DNA from: Candidatus Marinacidobacterales bacterium
Lineage (GTDB): Bacteria; Acidobacteriota; Vicinamibacteria; Marinacidobacterales; DATDRI01
Assembly (NCBI GenBank): GCA_965219415.1
Contig: OZ244742.1
Span: forward strand, 1,280,001 to 1,344,000
Reading direction: 5' to 3'
DNA length: 64,000 nt
Position numbers and translations under genes: made by a program. Shown piece after piece: positions 29,564 to 39,858 of this stretch (positions are counted from its first letter, which is position 1; each line of letters opens with the position of its first letter). The notes below the pieces were generated by a model that worked only from the letters and a program-made list of their open reading frames with translations, did not search any database and was not told where the DNA came from.

Positions 29564-31385
29564 ATGTTCGCAGCTATCGCATTCGCCCTGGTCGTCGTGA
29601 GCGGGGCCCTCTGGTGGGTGACTCTACGATTCCTCGGCGTCTATCGACGGGTTCCGGTCGAGAACTACCTAATCCTTGCCTTGGCTGCAGGAATAGGGCT
29701 CTACGCACTGATTCACCAACCGTCCGTATTGAACGGTGCCGCAGTCCTAGTGCCCACGGTTGTTTTGGGATTAGCGGCTTGGTATCTCAACCGGCGTCCA
29801 AGTTTTCGCCATCAGTGTAGATGCCCCGGACGTCTCGGAAGCGTTTCGCACCAAGGTTGGTGCCGAGTTCACGTTCCTTTCCGACCAAGAACGAACCCTC
29901 ATCGACCGGCTAAACATCAAACACGACGACCCCTACGTGGACGCGGAGATCGCGTTCCCTACCGCGATATTGGTCGACAAATTCGGAATCGTCCGGTGGA
30001 TTAACGCGATGCAGTATGGGAACACTCGAATGACGCCGAACGAGTTGTTCGAGGCCATCGAGCGCATGACCCTCGAAGAACAAAACCGCGAGCTCAGAAG
30101 AGCGCGGGCGGTCAGCCAGGTAGTGCGGCAGGTCTTCTTGATGGAAAAGAGCGGTGATTTGGCGCAAGCGATCCATGTCATGAGGGAAGAGCTCCAACGG
30201 CTCGGGCTCGTTTTTTCGCTATGTTCGATCACGATTTTCGATGAGGGGGCCGACTCGCTCAAAATCTACCAGGATGCGAATGAGACCACAGACGGAGCAG
30301 CGGTCAAGAAGCGTCCGGTATCCCCGGTATCTGATGTCCCGATTCTCCAAGACCTAGTGGCGGCATGGCGGGAAACGCGTGTTTTTTGTGAGAACGTCGA
30401 CATATTTGATATTCGCTCCACACTAAGCATCCCCTTCAGTCACGGAACCGTCGTGCTCGGCGGAACGGAGCCGGATCAGTTCGAGGAAGACGACATCCAT
30501 ACGCTCGAGGAGTTCGCAAAAGCGATCTCCGTCGGTTACAAACGCTTCCTCGACTTCCAAGAGCTGGATCGCCGCAACCATGAGCTCCAAGAGACGCAGT
30601 TGCAGCTCATTCAATCCGAGAAGATGGCCTCGCTCGGGCAGTTGGTGGCGGGAGTGGCCCATGAGCTCAATACCCCAATGGGAGCGATCAATAGCAACAC
30701 TCAGATCGCCGCGACGGCTCTGGAGCGAGTTCGGAAGGCCCTCGACGATGGTCGGCTCTCCGAGGAATCAAACCGCCGGCGCTTCGGAGAGCTCGTTGCA
30801 AACCTCGAAAGTCTCAACGGGGTCAATCGGGATGCCTCCCTTCGCATGATCAGAATCGTCGACAGCCTCCGAAGCTTCGCACGGCTCGACGAGGCCGAGT
30901 GGAAGCGCGCCGACCTGAAAGAGGGGCTCGAAGACACACTCAGCCTCATGCAGCATGACCTCGGCGACCGTATCAAGGTCGTCAAGGAGTATGGAGACCT
31001 ACCCGATGTTCCCTGCTATCCCAAGCAGCTGAACCAAGCCTTCATGAGCCTCTTGATGAACGCCATCCAGGCGATCGATGGCCACGGGGAGGTCCGTATC
31101 CAAACTTATAGCGACGCGGCTCATGCGATTGTCAGGATTACCGACGACGGGCGTGGGATCCCCGAGGAACACCTTGGCCGGATCTTCGATCCCAGCTTTA
31201 CCACGCGCGGGGTCGGAGTGGGGACCGGTTTGGGGCTCGCGATCTCGTATCGGATTATCGAGAACCACCAAGGGACCCTGAGCGTGGAAAGCGAAGTTGG
31301 CGAAGGCTCCACTTTTACGATAGAAATACCGCTTCGCGCCGAGGCACCGCGGCCTGCGCAAACGAAGGTAGCGCACTCGCAGTAG
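29564..31385 (+). CDS. Membrane anchor + truncated AhpC/TSA (peroxiredoxin-like) domain + GAF-like region + histidine kinase; frame break at ~29790
   Basis: The kinase frame is open from 29775 and reads GVQVFAISVD...FTFLSD...AFPTAILVDKFGIVRW. Kinase boxes: AHELNTP, MNAIQA, DDGRGI, GTGLGL. Confidence 0.75.
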
Positions 31386-31432
31386 GCGGCGGCCAAAGAG
31401 GTCGGTGCTACCAATCGACTTCGCCAGGCGGC

Positions 31433-31528
31433 GGGCCGATGGCAGGAAGCCGAGCAGAGCGGTCAGCTGTCCCGCAGCCACTTGTTGGCGAAGGGACCAG
31501 CCGTGGGGGTGGGGCCCCGCCACCCTGA
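31433..31528. repeat. Modular REP-like intergenic repeat, copy A
   Basis: 31433-31455 matches 33765-33787 at 21/23 nt. 31467-31528 aligns with 42304-42360 (CTGTCCCG.AGCC.CTTG...GCGAAGGG...GGTGGGGCCCCGCC.C.CTGA). Confidence 0.7.
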
Positions 31529-31583
31529 CAAAAGAAGGAACTTTTGAGCGCCCCGGACCGTTTCAACCCGAGGAGATACTCTT

Positions 31584-33702
31584 ATGCTGGATAGAGCTTT
31601 TCGAACCTCACTCGCCCTGCCGCCGCTTCTGCTAGTCGGCCTCATGGGTCTTACGGAACGGGCTGGATGGGCCTATTCCGCTCAATCGACAAGTGGCACA
31701 CTCTTCGAAGAGCCGTTGAGCCCACGCATCGCAAACTATCAGATCGACGTGAAGTTGACCCCCGAGACGCGGACCCTCGAGGGAAAACAGTGCTGACTTG
31801 GTACAACAAAACCGGAGAGACGATCGACGAGCTCCGATTCCATCTCTATCTCAACGCCTTTCGCAATTCTCGCACGACCTTCATGCAGGAATCGGGGAGT
31901 ACCATGCGCGGCCACGCCATCGACGAAGAAGGATGGGGTTTCATCGAGGTCGACCGCTTGAGCCTCTCCCAGCTAGAGGAGCAAACCGACGATCGCCTGC
32001 GAGTCTATCAACCGGGGGATCGGCGCGGACTGGCGTGAGGTCTTTCGCATCAACGCCGCCGCGACGGGGGCCGACCTCACCGAAGCGATGGAGTTCATCC
32101 AACCGGACGACGGCAACGAGCACGACAAGACAGTATTCCGGGTGGCGCTACCCAAACCGCTCGCACCGGGAGAGGGGGTAGCCCTCGACTTTGAGTTTCG
32201 AGCCCAACTACCCACACCACCCTTCGCACGCACCGGCGCCAAGGAGGAATACTTCTTCGTTGGCCAATGGTTTCCCAAGATCGCCGTCCACGACCGCGGC
32301 GAATGGAACGCCCACCAGTTTCACTACAACTCGGAGTTCTTTGCAGACTACGGAGTCTACGATGTGCGGATGACGGTTCCAGAAGACTTCGTTCTCGGTG
32401 CGACCGGTTTGCAGGTAGAGACCGTAGACGGTGGCGATGGGACCACCACTCACTACTACCACGCCGAGGATGTCCACGACTTCGCCTGGACCGCGAGCCC
32501 GGAGTACCAGGTCTTCACCGGTGAAACCCAAGACGTGAAAATAAGGGCGTTGGTACAGCCGGACCACGTGGGGCAAGGACAGCGCCATATCGACGCCGCC
32601 AAAGTCGCGGTTAGTTTCTTCCAAGACAATTATGGCGATTACCCGTTTCCGAACTTGACGGTCGTCGATCCTCGACGAGGCGCCGGCGGGTCGGGCGGGA
32701 TGGAGTACCCGACGCTGATCACCGCCGGAACGAGATACAACATGCCCGCTGGCATACGCATGCTCGAGATGGTGATCACTCATGAGTTTGGCCACAACTT
32801 CTGGTACCACCTCCTCGCTAGCAACGAATTCGAGGAAGCCTGGATGGACGAGGGCATCAATACCTACACCGACGGCCTGGCCGTCGACGCCCACTACGGA
32901 GGCTACCTCATTGATTTTCTCGGATTCAAGGTCACGAGCGAGGAGATGAACCGAGCGATGTACATCTCTAGCCCGAAAGCGGACCCCGTCTATCTGAAGG
33001 CTTGGCAGGGCTACAACCGCTCAAGCTACGGGGCGAACTCCTATGCCAAGCCGGGGCTCATCCTGAGAACGCTGCGAAATTATCTTGGCCCTGAAAAGAT
33101 GAACGATGCGATGCGCGCCTACGTCGAACGCTGGCGTTTCAAACATCCTAAGACCGACGATTTCATCGAGGTCGCCAACGACGTCACAGGACAGGATCTC
33201 CGTTGGTACTTCGACCAAGCGATCTTTTCGAATGCAGTACTCGACTACTCGGTTGCTTCGATCGAAAGCGAAGAGGTCAAGGAAGTCGGTTACGACCTCG
33301 ACAAATCGGTGGAAGAGGCATGGAACCCGTCCGAGGAAGACGAAAACGAGGGAGAGGACGCCGGTGTAGTCGACGAAGACCAAGCCGACACGTTTTACCG
33401 AAGCGAGATCAAGATTCGCCGGCTCGGCGAGTTCAGATTCCCCACCGAGATCGAGATCGTCTTCGAGGACGGCGAGACGGTTCGAGAGCAGTGGGACGGA
33501 CAAGAGGCTTGGACCAAGCTCACCTTCGTGAGATCGACCAAGCTTGCATCTGTCACCGTCGACCCGGACCGAAATGTACCGCTCGACGTGAACTACACCA
33601 ACAACAAGCCGCACTCTCGAACCGCAGAAGCTCGGCATCACCAAAGTTACGACGCGCTGGATGTTCTGGTGGCAGTTCCTGCTGGATTTGGTAAGCCTGT
33701 AG
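31584..33702 (+). CDS. Exported M1-family Zn metallopeptidase, split by three 1-bp frameshifts (~31788, ~32016, ~33610)
   Basis: Signal peptide, GGMEYPT, HEFGH...WMDEG. The repaired tail is NNSRTLEP...WMFWWQFLLDLVSL*. Confidence 0.85.
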
Positions 33703-33708
33703 GCACTA

Positions 33709-33830
33709 GCAGGGTGCTGAACATGCACTGCACCCTGCGCGAGCGGAGCGAGCCCGGCCCGGATGGGCCGACGGCGGGAAGCCGAGCGCGGAGCGAGGCG
33801 CCAAGCGCGCGAACGAGGAGTGAGCGCGCA
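33709..33830. repeat. REP-like palindromic intergenic element, copy C
   Basis: GCAGGGTGC/GCACCCTGC inverted repeat, GCGAGCGGAGCGAGC arrays, and a 23-nt module shared with 31433-31455. Confidence 0.6.
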
Positions 33831-33853
33831 TTGAAGCACTAGAGGTAGCACTC

Positions 33854-34782
33854 ATGATCTGGAGATCCTTCAAACCGGGCCTGAGCCAAGTGTGGTCCAC
33901 GAAACGATTAGTACTGCTTCTATACCTGGCGTCGGCGGTTCTTGGACTCCTGCTTGCCCTGCCCCTGCGTGCGGTCCTGTTGGACTTCGCGGGGCGCTCC
34001 CTCGAAGGTGCCGCGCTCGTCAATGGGGTCAGTACGGGTTTCTTCTTCGAACTGCTGTTACACAACGGGGCGGGCTTGGCAGGCCTTCGCGCGCCTGCCC
34101 TCTTCGCCTCCATCGCTTACTTGATAGTGTCTCTCTTTTTGTCCGGGGGGCGCTTGCGGTCTTGGCCAGCGGCGATCGATACCGGGCCATCGATTTTTGG
34201 GGAGGAGGTGCGAAGTTTTTCGGGCGGTTTCTGAGACTGGCCCTATGGAGCTCGCTACTCCTCGCGGCCCTCTACCTATTGCCCCTAAACGCGAGCGGGC
34301 TACAGCGACTCTTTTTCGGCAGCGATCCATACGAGTACGTGTCTTATTGGGGAGCCTGGATCCGAGGAGGACTCCTTCTGATCGCCCTCTTCTTCTTCCG
34401 CATCTGCTTCGACTATGCGCGCATCCACGCCGTCGTCACCGACGAACGCAGGATGAGGGTCTCGCTCTGGCGCGGGATCGGTTTCGCGTTGCGAAACCCA
34501 CTAGCGGCGGTCGGGCTAGCCCTTCTGATCGCCTTTGTGGGAGGCATCGCTTTGTTGGTCTACCGCCCGCTCTCGGCTGCGGTGGATGGGTCAACGGTAG
34601 CCGCCGTCGTTGCGGCGGTGGTGGCGCAACAGGCGTACATCATTTGGCGAGCGGTAATTCGGCTGACTCGCTACGGGAGCCAGATCACATTGTTTCGCGA
34701 GTTGGCGGGGGATCTATCCGAAGCGCCTGCACCTGAGCCACCCGCACCGGCGAGAGAACCAGTGATCGCGGAAGCGAACTGA
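33854..34782 (+). CDS. Multi-pass membrane protein downstream of the M1 peptidase; frameshift in the G6 run at 34145-34150
   Basis: Adding one G joins LFLSGG to ALAVLASG...FFGRFLRL...FDYARI. Confidence 0.7.
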
Positions 34783-34785
34783 GTT

Positions 34786-36252
34786 TTAGGAACCGTCCGT
34801 TGCGGCGCTCCCAGTTTTGCCGAAACAATAGAGCGCACCGCGGGTGCGAAGGTAGATACGCCCGTCGGCGATCGCCGGAGTCGCATAACACAGATCGTCC
34901 ACATCATTGACCGCCAGCACTTGCAATTTGCCGTCCGGTTTCATCACCGACACCTTGCCCGACTCGCTCACGAAGAAGATCTTGCCGTCCGCGGCGACCG
35001 GTGACGCGTAGTAACTGTCGACCGCTTCTTTGATCCGACCTTGGGCGATCACCTCTCCCGTCTGCGGTCGGAGCGAGGTCACGATTCCTCCATCGTTAAT
35101 CATATGAAGCACGTCTTGATAGATGACCGGCGACGGGAGCTGCGGCACGGCGCGATGATATTGCCAGCGTATGTTTTTCTCCGACATATTGCCTTGGCCC
35201 CCGAGGGCGATCCCCAGGACGCCGTTCTTGGACGCGAGTGCCGCGCGGTAAAAATTCCACTCCTCCTCGTCTAGGAAACCGTCAACATTCAGGTCGGTGA
35301 AAAAATCCATCCATCCCTTGGCCCGCGGGTCGCCCTCCAGTTCTTCGGAAGTGAACCGGCCGTCTCCGTCGGAGTCCATCTTGGCTTGGACTTCCTGGTA
35401 CGTGGCGACTTCCACCTGATTGCCGGGCTGGTTGAGTGGCGACCCGTAGCCGTTGACGTAGACCGTGTCCTGGTGCATCACCGGCGTTGACTTCATTTCG
35501 AAGGAGAGACCGCTCACCCACCAGATCTTCTCGCCGGTATCAACTGAATAGGCGGTCAACAGAAAAGAACCAGGCACCAGGATCTGGCGGGAGCCGTCGT
35601 CGGCTTCATAGAGAATCGGCGTGGAATGCCCGCTCTTCGCTTCCGGTCGCGCCGTCTTCCAGAGCGTGCGTCCATCTTCTTTCGCCACCGCGAGAAGAAA
35701 CGAACCGGTCTGCTGGTCGCAAGCGAGGATCACCTTGTCGTCCACCAGAACGGGTGATGCCCCCATCCCGTAGACGTTATCGAATGGGCCCAACTGGAAA
35801 CGCCATCGTTCGTTCCCGTCGAAATCGTAGGAAATCATGCCGTAGTCGGGAAAGAACACGTAGACACCCTCACCGTCGGTGACCGGGCTGGGAGAGGCGG
35901 GATTGTTGCGTTTGTCGAGTTTTTCTTCTCTTTCCCGCGGAGCTTGTCTCCTCCAGAGAATCTCCCCGGTCGAGCGATCGAGAGAAATCGTGAGGAGCTT
36001 CCCGTCCTCAACCGCGGTTAGAAAAATGCGATTTGCCCATAGAATCGGCGATGAGTGCCCGGGTGGAAGAGGTGTCTTCCAAACGACATTCTGCTCCGGT
36101 CCGAATTCGACCGGCAGTCCCTGGGTGTCCACCACACCCGAGCCGTTCGGTCCTCGAAACCGGGACCACTCGTTCGCGTCAGCGATGGTTAACCCCCAAA
36201 ACACCAAGGAGACAGAAATCGCGGTTCCCCTAACCCGTTGCCCTACCTTCAT
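34786..36252 (-). CDS. Exported PQQ-like (BamB-like) beta-propeller protein with inserted EF-hand pair
   Basis: WSRFRGPNG start, repeated SP/G..W blades, DSDGDGRFTSEE and DLNVDGFLDEEE loops. Confidence 0.85.
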   Translation of the reverse strand: MKVGQRVRGTAISVSLVFWGLTIADANEWSRFRGPNGSGVVDTQGLPVEFGPEQNVVWKTPLPPGHSSPILWANRIFLTAVEDGKLLTISLDRSTGEILWRRQAPREREEKLDKRNNPASPSPVTDGEGVYVFFPDYGMISYDFDGNERWRFQLGPFDNVYGMGASPVLVDDKVILACDQQTGSFLLAVAKEDGRTLWKTARPEAKSGHSTPILYEADDGSRQILVPGSFLLTAYSVDTGEKIWWVSGLSFEMKSTPVMHQDTVYVNGYGSPLNQPGNQVEVATYQEVQAKMDSDGDGRFTSEELEGDPRAKGWMDFFTDLNVDGFLDEEEWNFYRAALASKNGVLGIALGGQGNMSEKNIRWQYHRAVPQLPSPVIYQDVLHMINDGGIVTSLRPQTGEVIAQGRIKEAVDSYYASPVAADGKIFFVSESGKVSVMKPDGKLQVLAVNDVDDLCYATPAIADGRIYLRTRGALYCFGKTGSAATDGS

Positions 36253-36343
36253 CGTCGATCCTTTCCTCTTTGGGCCCTTCGCGGACAGAACTGAGGTCGC
36301 TATTCAATCACAGTTTGGTAGCGATTTGGAATCGCCAGTAGCT

Positions 36344-37810
36344 TCAATCGGAGAAGAACTTCTCGAGCACCGAGTCGCTCGGCGGACGGGTCGATAGAGA
36401 CACCATCACCAAGACCAACGAGGCACCACAGACGACCACCACCACCGGAAGCAATCCGGTGTGGGCTACGGTATAGCCACCCCCGGCGTCTGACGACTGG
36501 ACAAAGAAATAGGTCCACAGGCCGGCCACAGTGAAGATAGCCGCCATGACGCCCTCCTTTGTGCTTCTTCTCCAAAAAAGTGCGGCCGGGACGATCGGAA
36601 ACAACCCACTGTATCCAGTCAACGACCACACGCCCATGTTGAAGATAGATCGCGTCGTGACCAGCGACAACAAGAAGGCTGCCGCTAAGAGGAGCATTAC
36701 GAACACTCGGCCGAACAGAACCTGCTGTCTTTCCGACAGTTTGTCTCGGAAGCCGTAGTGGCGGACGATGTCCTGCGTAAACATCGTTCCGGCAGCCAGC
36801 GCCTGGGAATCGAGAGACGACATGATAGCGGCAAAGACCCCGGCTCCCAAACACCCGGCGAGAAAGCCACCGGCATTGCCGAGGATGAGTTTGACCAAAA
36901 TCGGACCGTCTAGGGGCGCCGCGTAATCAATGTTGCCGACGACTCCGAGCATCACACTGGGCACCCACACCGCCGTGACACAAAGGGGGTAGAAGACGAT
37001 GCTGTAACGGAACGAGCCAGCCTCACGCGCCGACAGCCAGTGACTGAAAATATGTGGGAAGGCTCCCACCGAGAAGGGAAGAAAAAAGAAAGAGAACATG
37101 CGCATGTGAGCAGTCCGCTCGCTTCCGATTGCGAGTAAAGACGGGTGGGTCGCGCGAACCGACTCCATGGCACCCTGAAGGCCGCCGTACTTCCCGAAGA
37201 TGACCAGAAAGGTGATGCCACCCACGATCATGAAAACGAGCGTTTGGAACGTGTTCGCCCACGCTGTACTGCGCATGCCTCCGTAGGTGACGTAGACGAA
37301 GACCACGCCGCAGATGAGCAAGCTTCCGATCCAGGAATCAACTCCCTCTCCCGCTCCGCCGGTGATAGCGTGCAACGCGTCGCCTCCGCCTTTCACGCCG
37401 ATCAAAACGTATGGAAGCATCAGGGAGACCAATACGACAAATAGCATCAGCCCTAAGACATCGGACTCGTACCTTTCCCGGAAGAATTGGACCTGTGTCA
37501 GGTAGCCTTCCTTCTTGCCGAGCCACCACAAACGCGTCCCCACGAAGTAGAAAACCAATGGAAGCATTATCGCGGAGCTCGAGCCCATCAAGGCGAAGAC
37601 TATGATGCCCTCCCGAAACGCCTGACCAGAAGCTCCCAACATCGTGAAAGCGGTCATGTTGGTTCCGAAGAGAGTCATGAGCAAAACGAAAGGCCCAATC
37701 GTCCGGCTGGCCAAGAAGTAATCCTCGCCGGTGCCGCGGAACAAGCGGTGTGCCAGCATTCCAACGAACAACACCAGAATGAGGTAGGCGACGATGACTC
37801 CGAGGATCAT
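36344..37810 (-). CDS. Sodium:solute symporter family protein
   Basis: EDYFLASRTIG, YVTYGGMRSTAW, AAIMSSLDSQ; many TM helices. Confidence 0.92.
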   Translation of the reverse strand: MILGVIVAYLILVLFVGMLAHRLFRGTGEDYFLASRTIGPFVLLMTLFGTNMTAFTMLGASGQAFREGIIVFALMGSSSAIMLPLVFYFVGTRLWWLGKKEGYLTQVQFFRERYESDVLGLMLFVVLVSLMLPYVLIGVKGGGDALHAITGGAGEGVDSWIGSLLICGVVFVYVTYGGMRSTAWANTFQTLVFMIVGGITFLVIFGKYGGLQGAMESVRATHPSLLAIGSERTAHMRMFSFFFLPFSVGAFPHIFSHWLSAREAGSFRYSIVFYPLCVTAVWVPSVMLGVVGNIDYAAPLDGPILVKLILGNAGGFLAGCLGAGVFAAIMSSLDSQALAAGTMFTQDIVRHYGFRDKLSERQQVLFGRVFVMLLLAAAFLLSLVTTRSIFNMGVWSLTGYSGLFPIVPAALFWRRSTKEGVMAAIFTVAGLWTYFFVQSSDAGGGYTVAHTGLLPVVVVVCGASLVLVMVSLSTRPPSDSVLEKFFSD

Positions 37811-37822
37811 GAGTTCCGATCC

Positions 37823-38056
37823 CTATTTTTTGTCCAGATAGCGAGGCCACGCCCGTCTGATGACGAGGAGCATGATCGCCGACCAGAGAACGCTCAAAAC
37901 GATGTGATAGAGGAGATTGATCGGAAGTCCGGAGATGAGGCTATCGTCACTCCATAACCGTGGGCTTTGGTGCAGCAAGAGTCCGATGGGCACCAACAGA
38001 ACAACCCAGAAGGGATAGCGTCGGGTTTTCAAGGGTGCCCGAGAAGTCTTATCCAT
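37823..38056 (-). CDS. Small two-TM SSS partner protein (DUF3311-like)
   Basis: 77 aa with two hydrophobic segments and GLP motif, 12 bp upstream of the symporter. Confidence 0.6.
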   Translation of the reverse strand: MDKTSRAPLKTRRYPFWVVLLVPIGLLLHQSPRLWSDDSLISGLPINLLYHIVLSVLWSAIMLLVIRRAWPRYLDKK

Positions 38057-38098
38057 CGGATGGAGAGAGAGTCGCAGCCATAGAGGAACGTGATGTTA

Positions 38099-38133
38099 GT
38101 TCGAGGCCGTGCGGAGATGCAACGGCCTCGAAC
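38099..38133. terminator. Hairpin just downstream of the mltB stop
   Basis: 12-bp inverted repeat GTTCGAGGCCGT / ACGGCCTCGAAC; no clear U tract. Confidence 0.4.
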
Positions 38134-38265
38134 GTCGGGCGAGCTTAGCGTCCCTGCTCTTCGGCGGCGTGCGCTTGCCGCTCGCGGTTCACTCGGATCT
38201 CGCGCCCAAGGTCGTTAACCGCCATGGCATAGTAGGCGCTTCGATTGTAGCGGGTAATGACATAG

Positions 38266-39649
38266 GGGTCTACGCGGATTCGTGTGGGTTGAAAACTGCA
38301 TTTCTGGGTAATGGCGGAAGGAAAGCCGCCACGATCTTCAGCCTGAGATATTCCTCGTCGCGATAGCCGTAGGCGCGTCGTTGCAGAACACGGATTTTGT
38401 TGTTGACCCCTTCAACTAGGCCGAGACTGACTTTGTTCTCCGGATGACAGTAGGAGGCGATACCATCCCAATGGGACTCAATCATACCGGCGAACTTCTG
38501 GTACGGATGCAGGCGTTGCCATTTGAGGCTGTCTTTCCAACGGGTGAAAAAGGCGCGAGCGCCGCGTTCGGTGCGGTAATCCCAGAGTTGCCCGAAGGCC
38601 TCCTTCAAAATATAGGCGGTGTTCAGGCGCCGGTTGGCCTGGAGCAACTTTTTGAGTGCGCGGCGACCGTCTAGGCTCAGGTTCTCCCGCCGGGAAAGCA
38701 AAGTGTAACGCTGCCCCTTGATGTACGACCGGTCCTTGCCGCTGAGGCGTTTGTACTCACCGCGCCGGACCTCATCGAGGGCCTTTGACAGATGACGCAT
38801 GATATGAAACTTGTCGAAGATGATCCGCGCATTAGGCGCGTTGTGAATCACCGAGTTCCGGAAGGGCTTCCACATATCCATGGCGGCCAGCTTGATACGG
38901 GCGCTTTTCTTTCCGCCCAGCGCCTTGAAGAACAAATCGATGTCGGTTTCTTTGCGACCCTCACCGCCCACCCAGATGGGACGCGCCCGCTCCAGGTCGC
39001 TGACAATGACGCGATAGTTATGTCCCTTGCGGATGGAGATCTCATCGACACCGATGGCCCGAGGCGCCGGTAGCCCCGCCCGGTCGACCTGCTCTTGCAT
39101 GTAGAGCGTATCCAGAGCCTTCACCGTACCGTGGTGCAGACGTTCCATCTCGGCCACCGCCTTGTTCGGCATATCCCGGCACAGCTTGCCCACATGCGTC
39201 GCAAAACGCTGGGTGTAGCGCGAGTTGTTCGCCAGCCAGTCTAGGTGTTCTACATGCACACCGCCGCACCCAGAACAGTTGACGCGCCAACGCTCGTATT
39301 CCAGATAGATCCGCCAGCCTGCCAACGACAGGTCGCGGACCCGGCACACTTGCTTGTCATAGCGCCCCCGGCACCGTTGCCCACAGTAAGAGCACACAGC
39401 TGTTTTTTTCGCCTCTTGAGCTGGATGACGCGGGCGTATCGGTCACCGAATAGACCCTTCAATCCGGCACCAACCACGAAACCTGGCAGCGCAAACAGCG
39501 AGCGGATCGACTGGGAATTTTTCACTCGGTTAGCCTATCCTAAAAATGGACCACTTTTCAGCACCTGATGAAGTACTCGATACCTTTTCCACACAATGAG
39601 TTACACTGTTTTTCCGTCAGAACTTACCCACACGAATCCGCGTAAACCC
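38266..39649 (-). mobile_element. ISL3-family insertion sequence, copy 2 (inside mltB)
   Basis: Same IRs as copy 1. 8-bp TSD TGACATAG at 38258-38265 and 39650-39657. Confidence 0.95.
38270..39525 (-). CDS. ISL3 transposase (orfA 39525 plus orfB, joined at A7 39403-39409)
   Basis: Nearly identical to copy 1, with an intact C-terminus RRAYGYRDEEYLRLKI. Confidence 0.92.
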
Positions 39650-39858
39650 TGACATAGAAATTGTTCAGTCCGAGCCAGTACTGCGGCCCGGCCCGAGTGC
39701 GCAGGCTAAACAGCATCGCGCGCTCGCTGCTCGAAATGTCCTCGATCGGAACCACCCCGAGCCACTTCCATTGCGCCACCACGTGATCGAGCCGCAGGCC
39801 GGAGTCCACGTAAGCCTCATAGTGCTCGCCACTGACTTGCGCCCGCACCGCCACCGCT

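Noticed and set aside
16849-39649. Composite transposon formed by the two ISL3 copies
   Set aside because: Each copy has its own distinct, matching TSD, and the enclosed DNA includes core genes.
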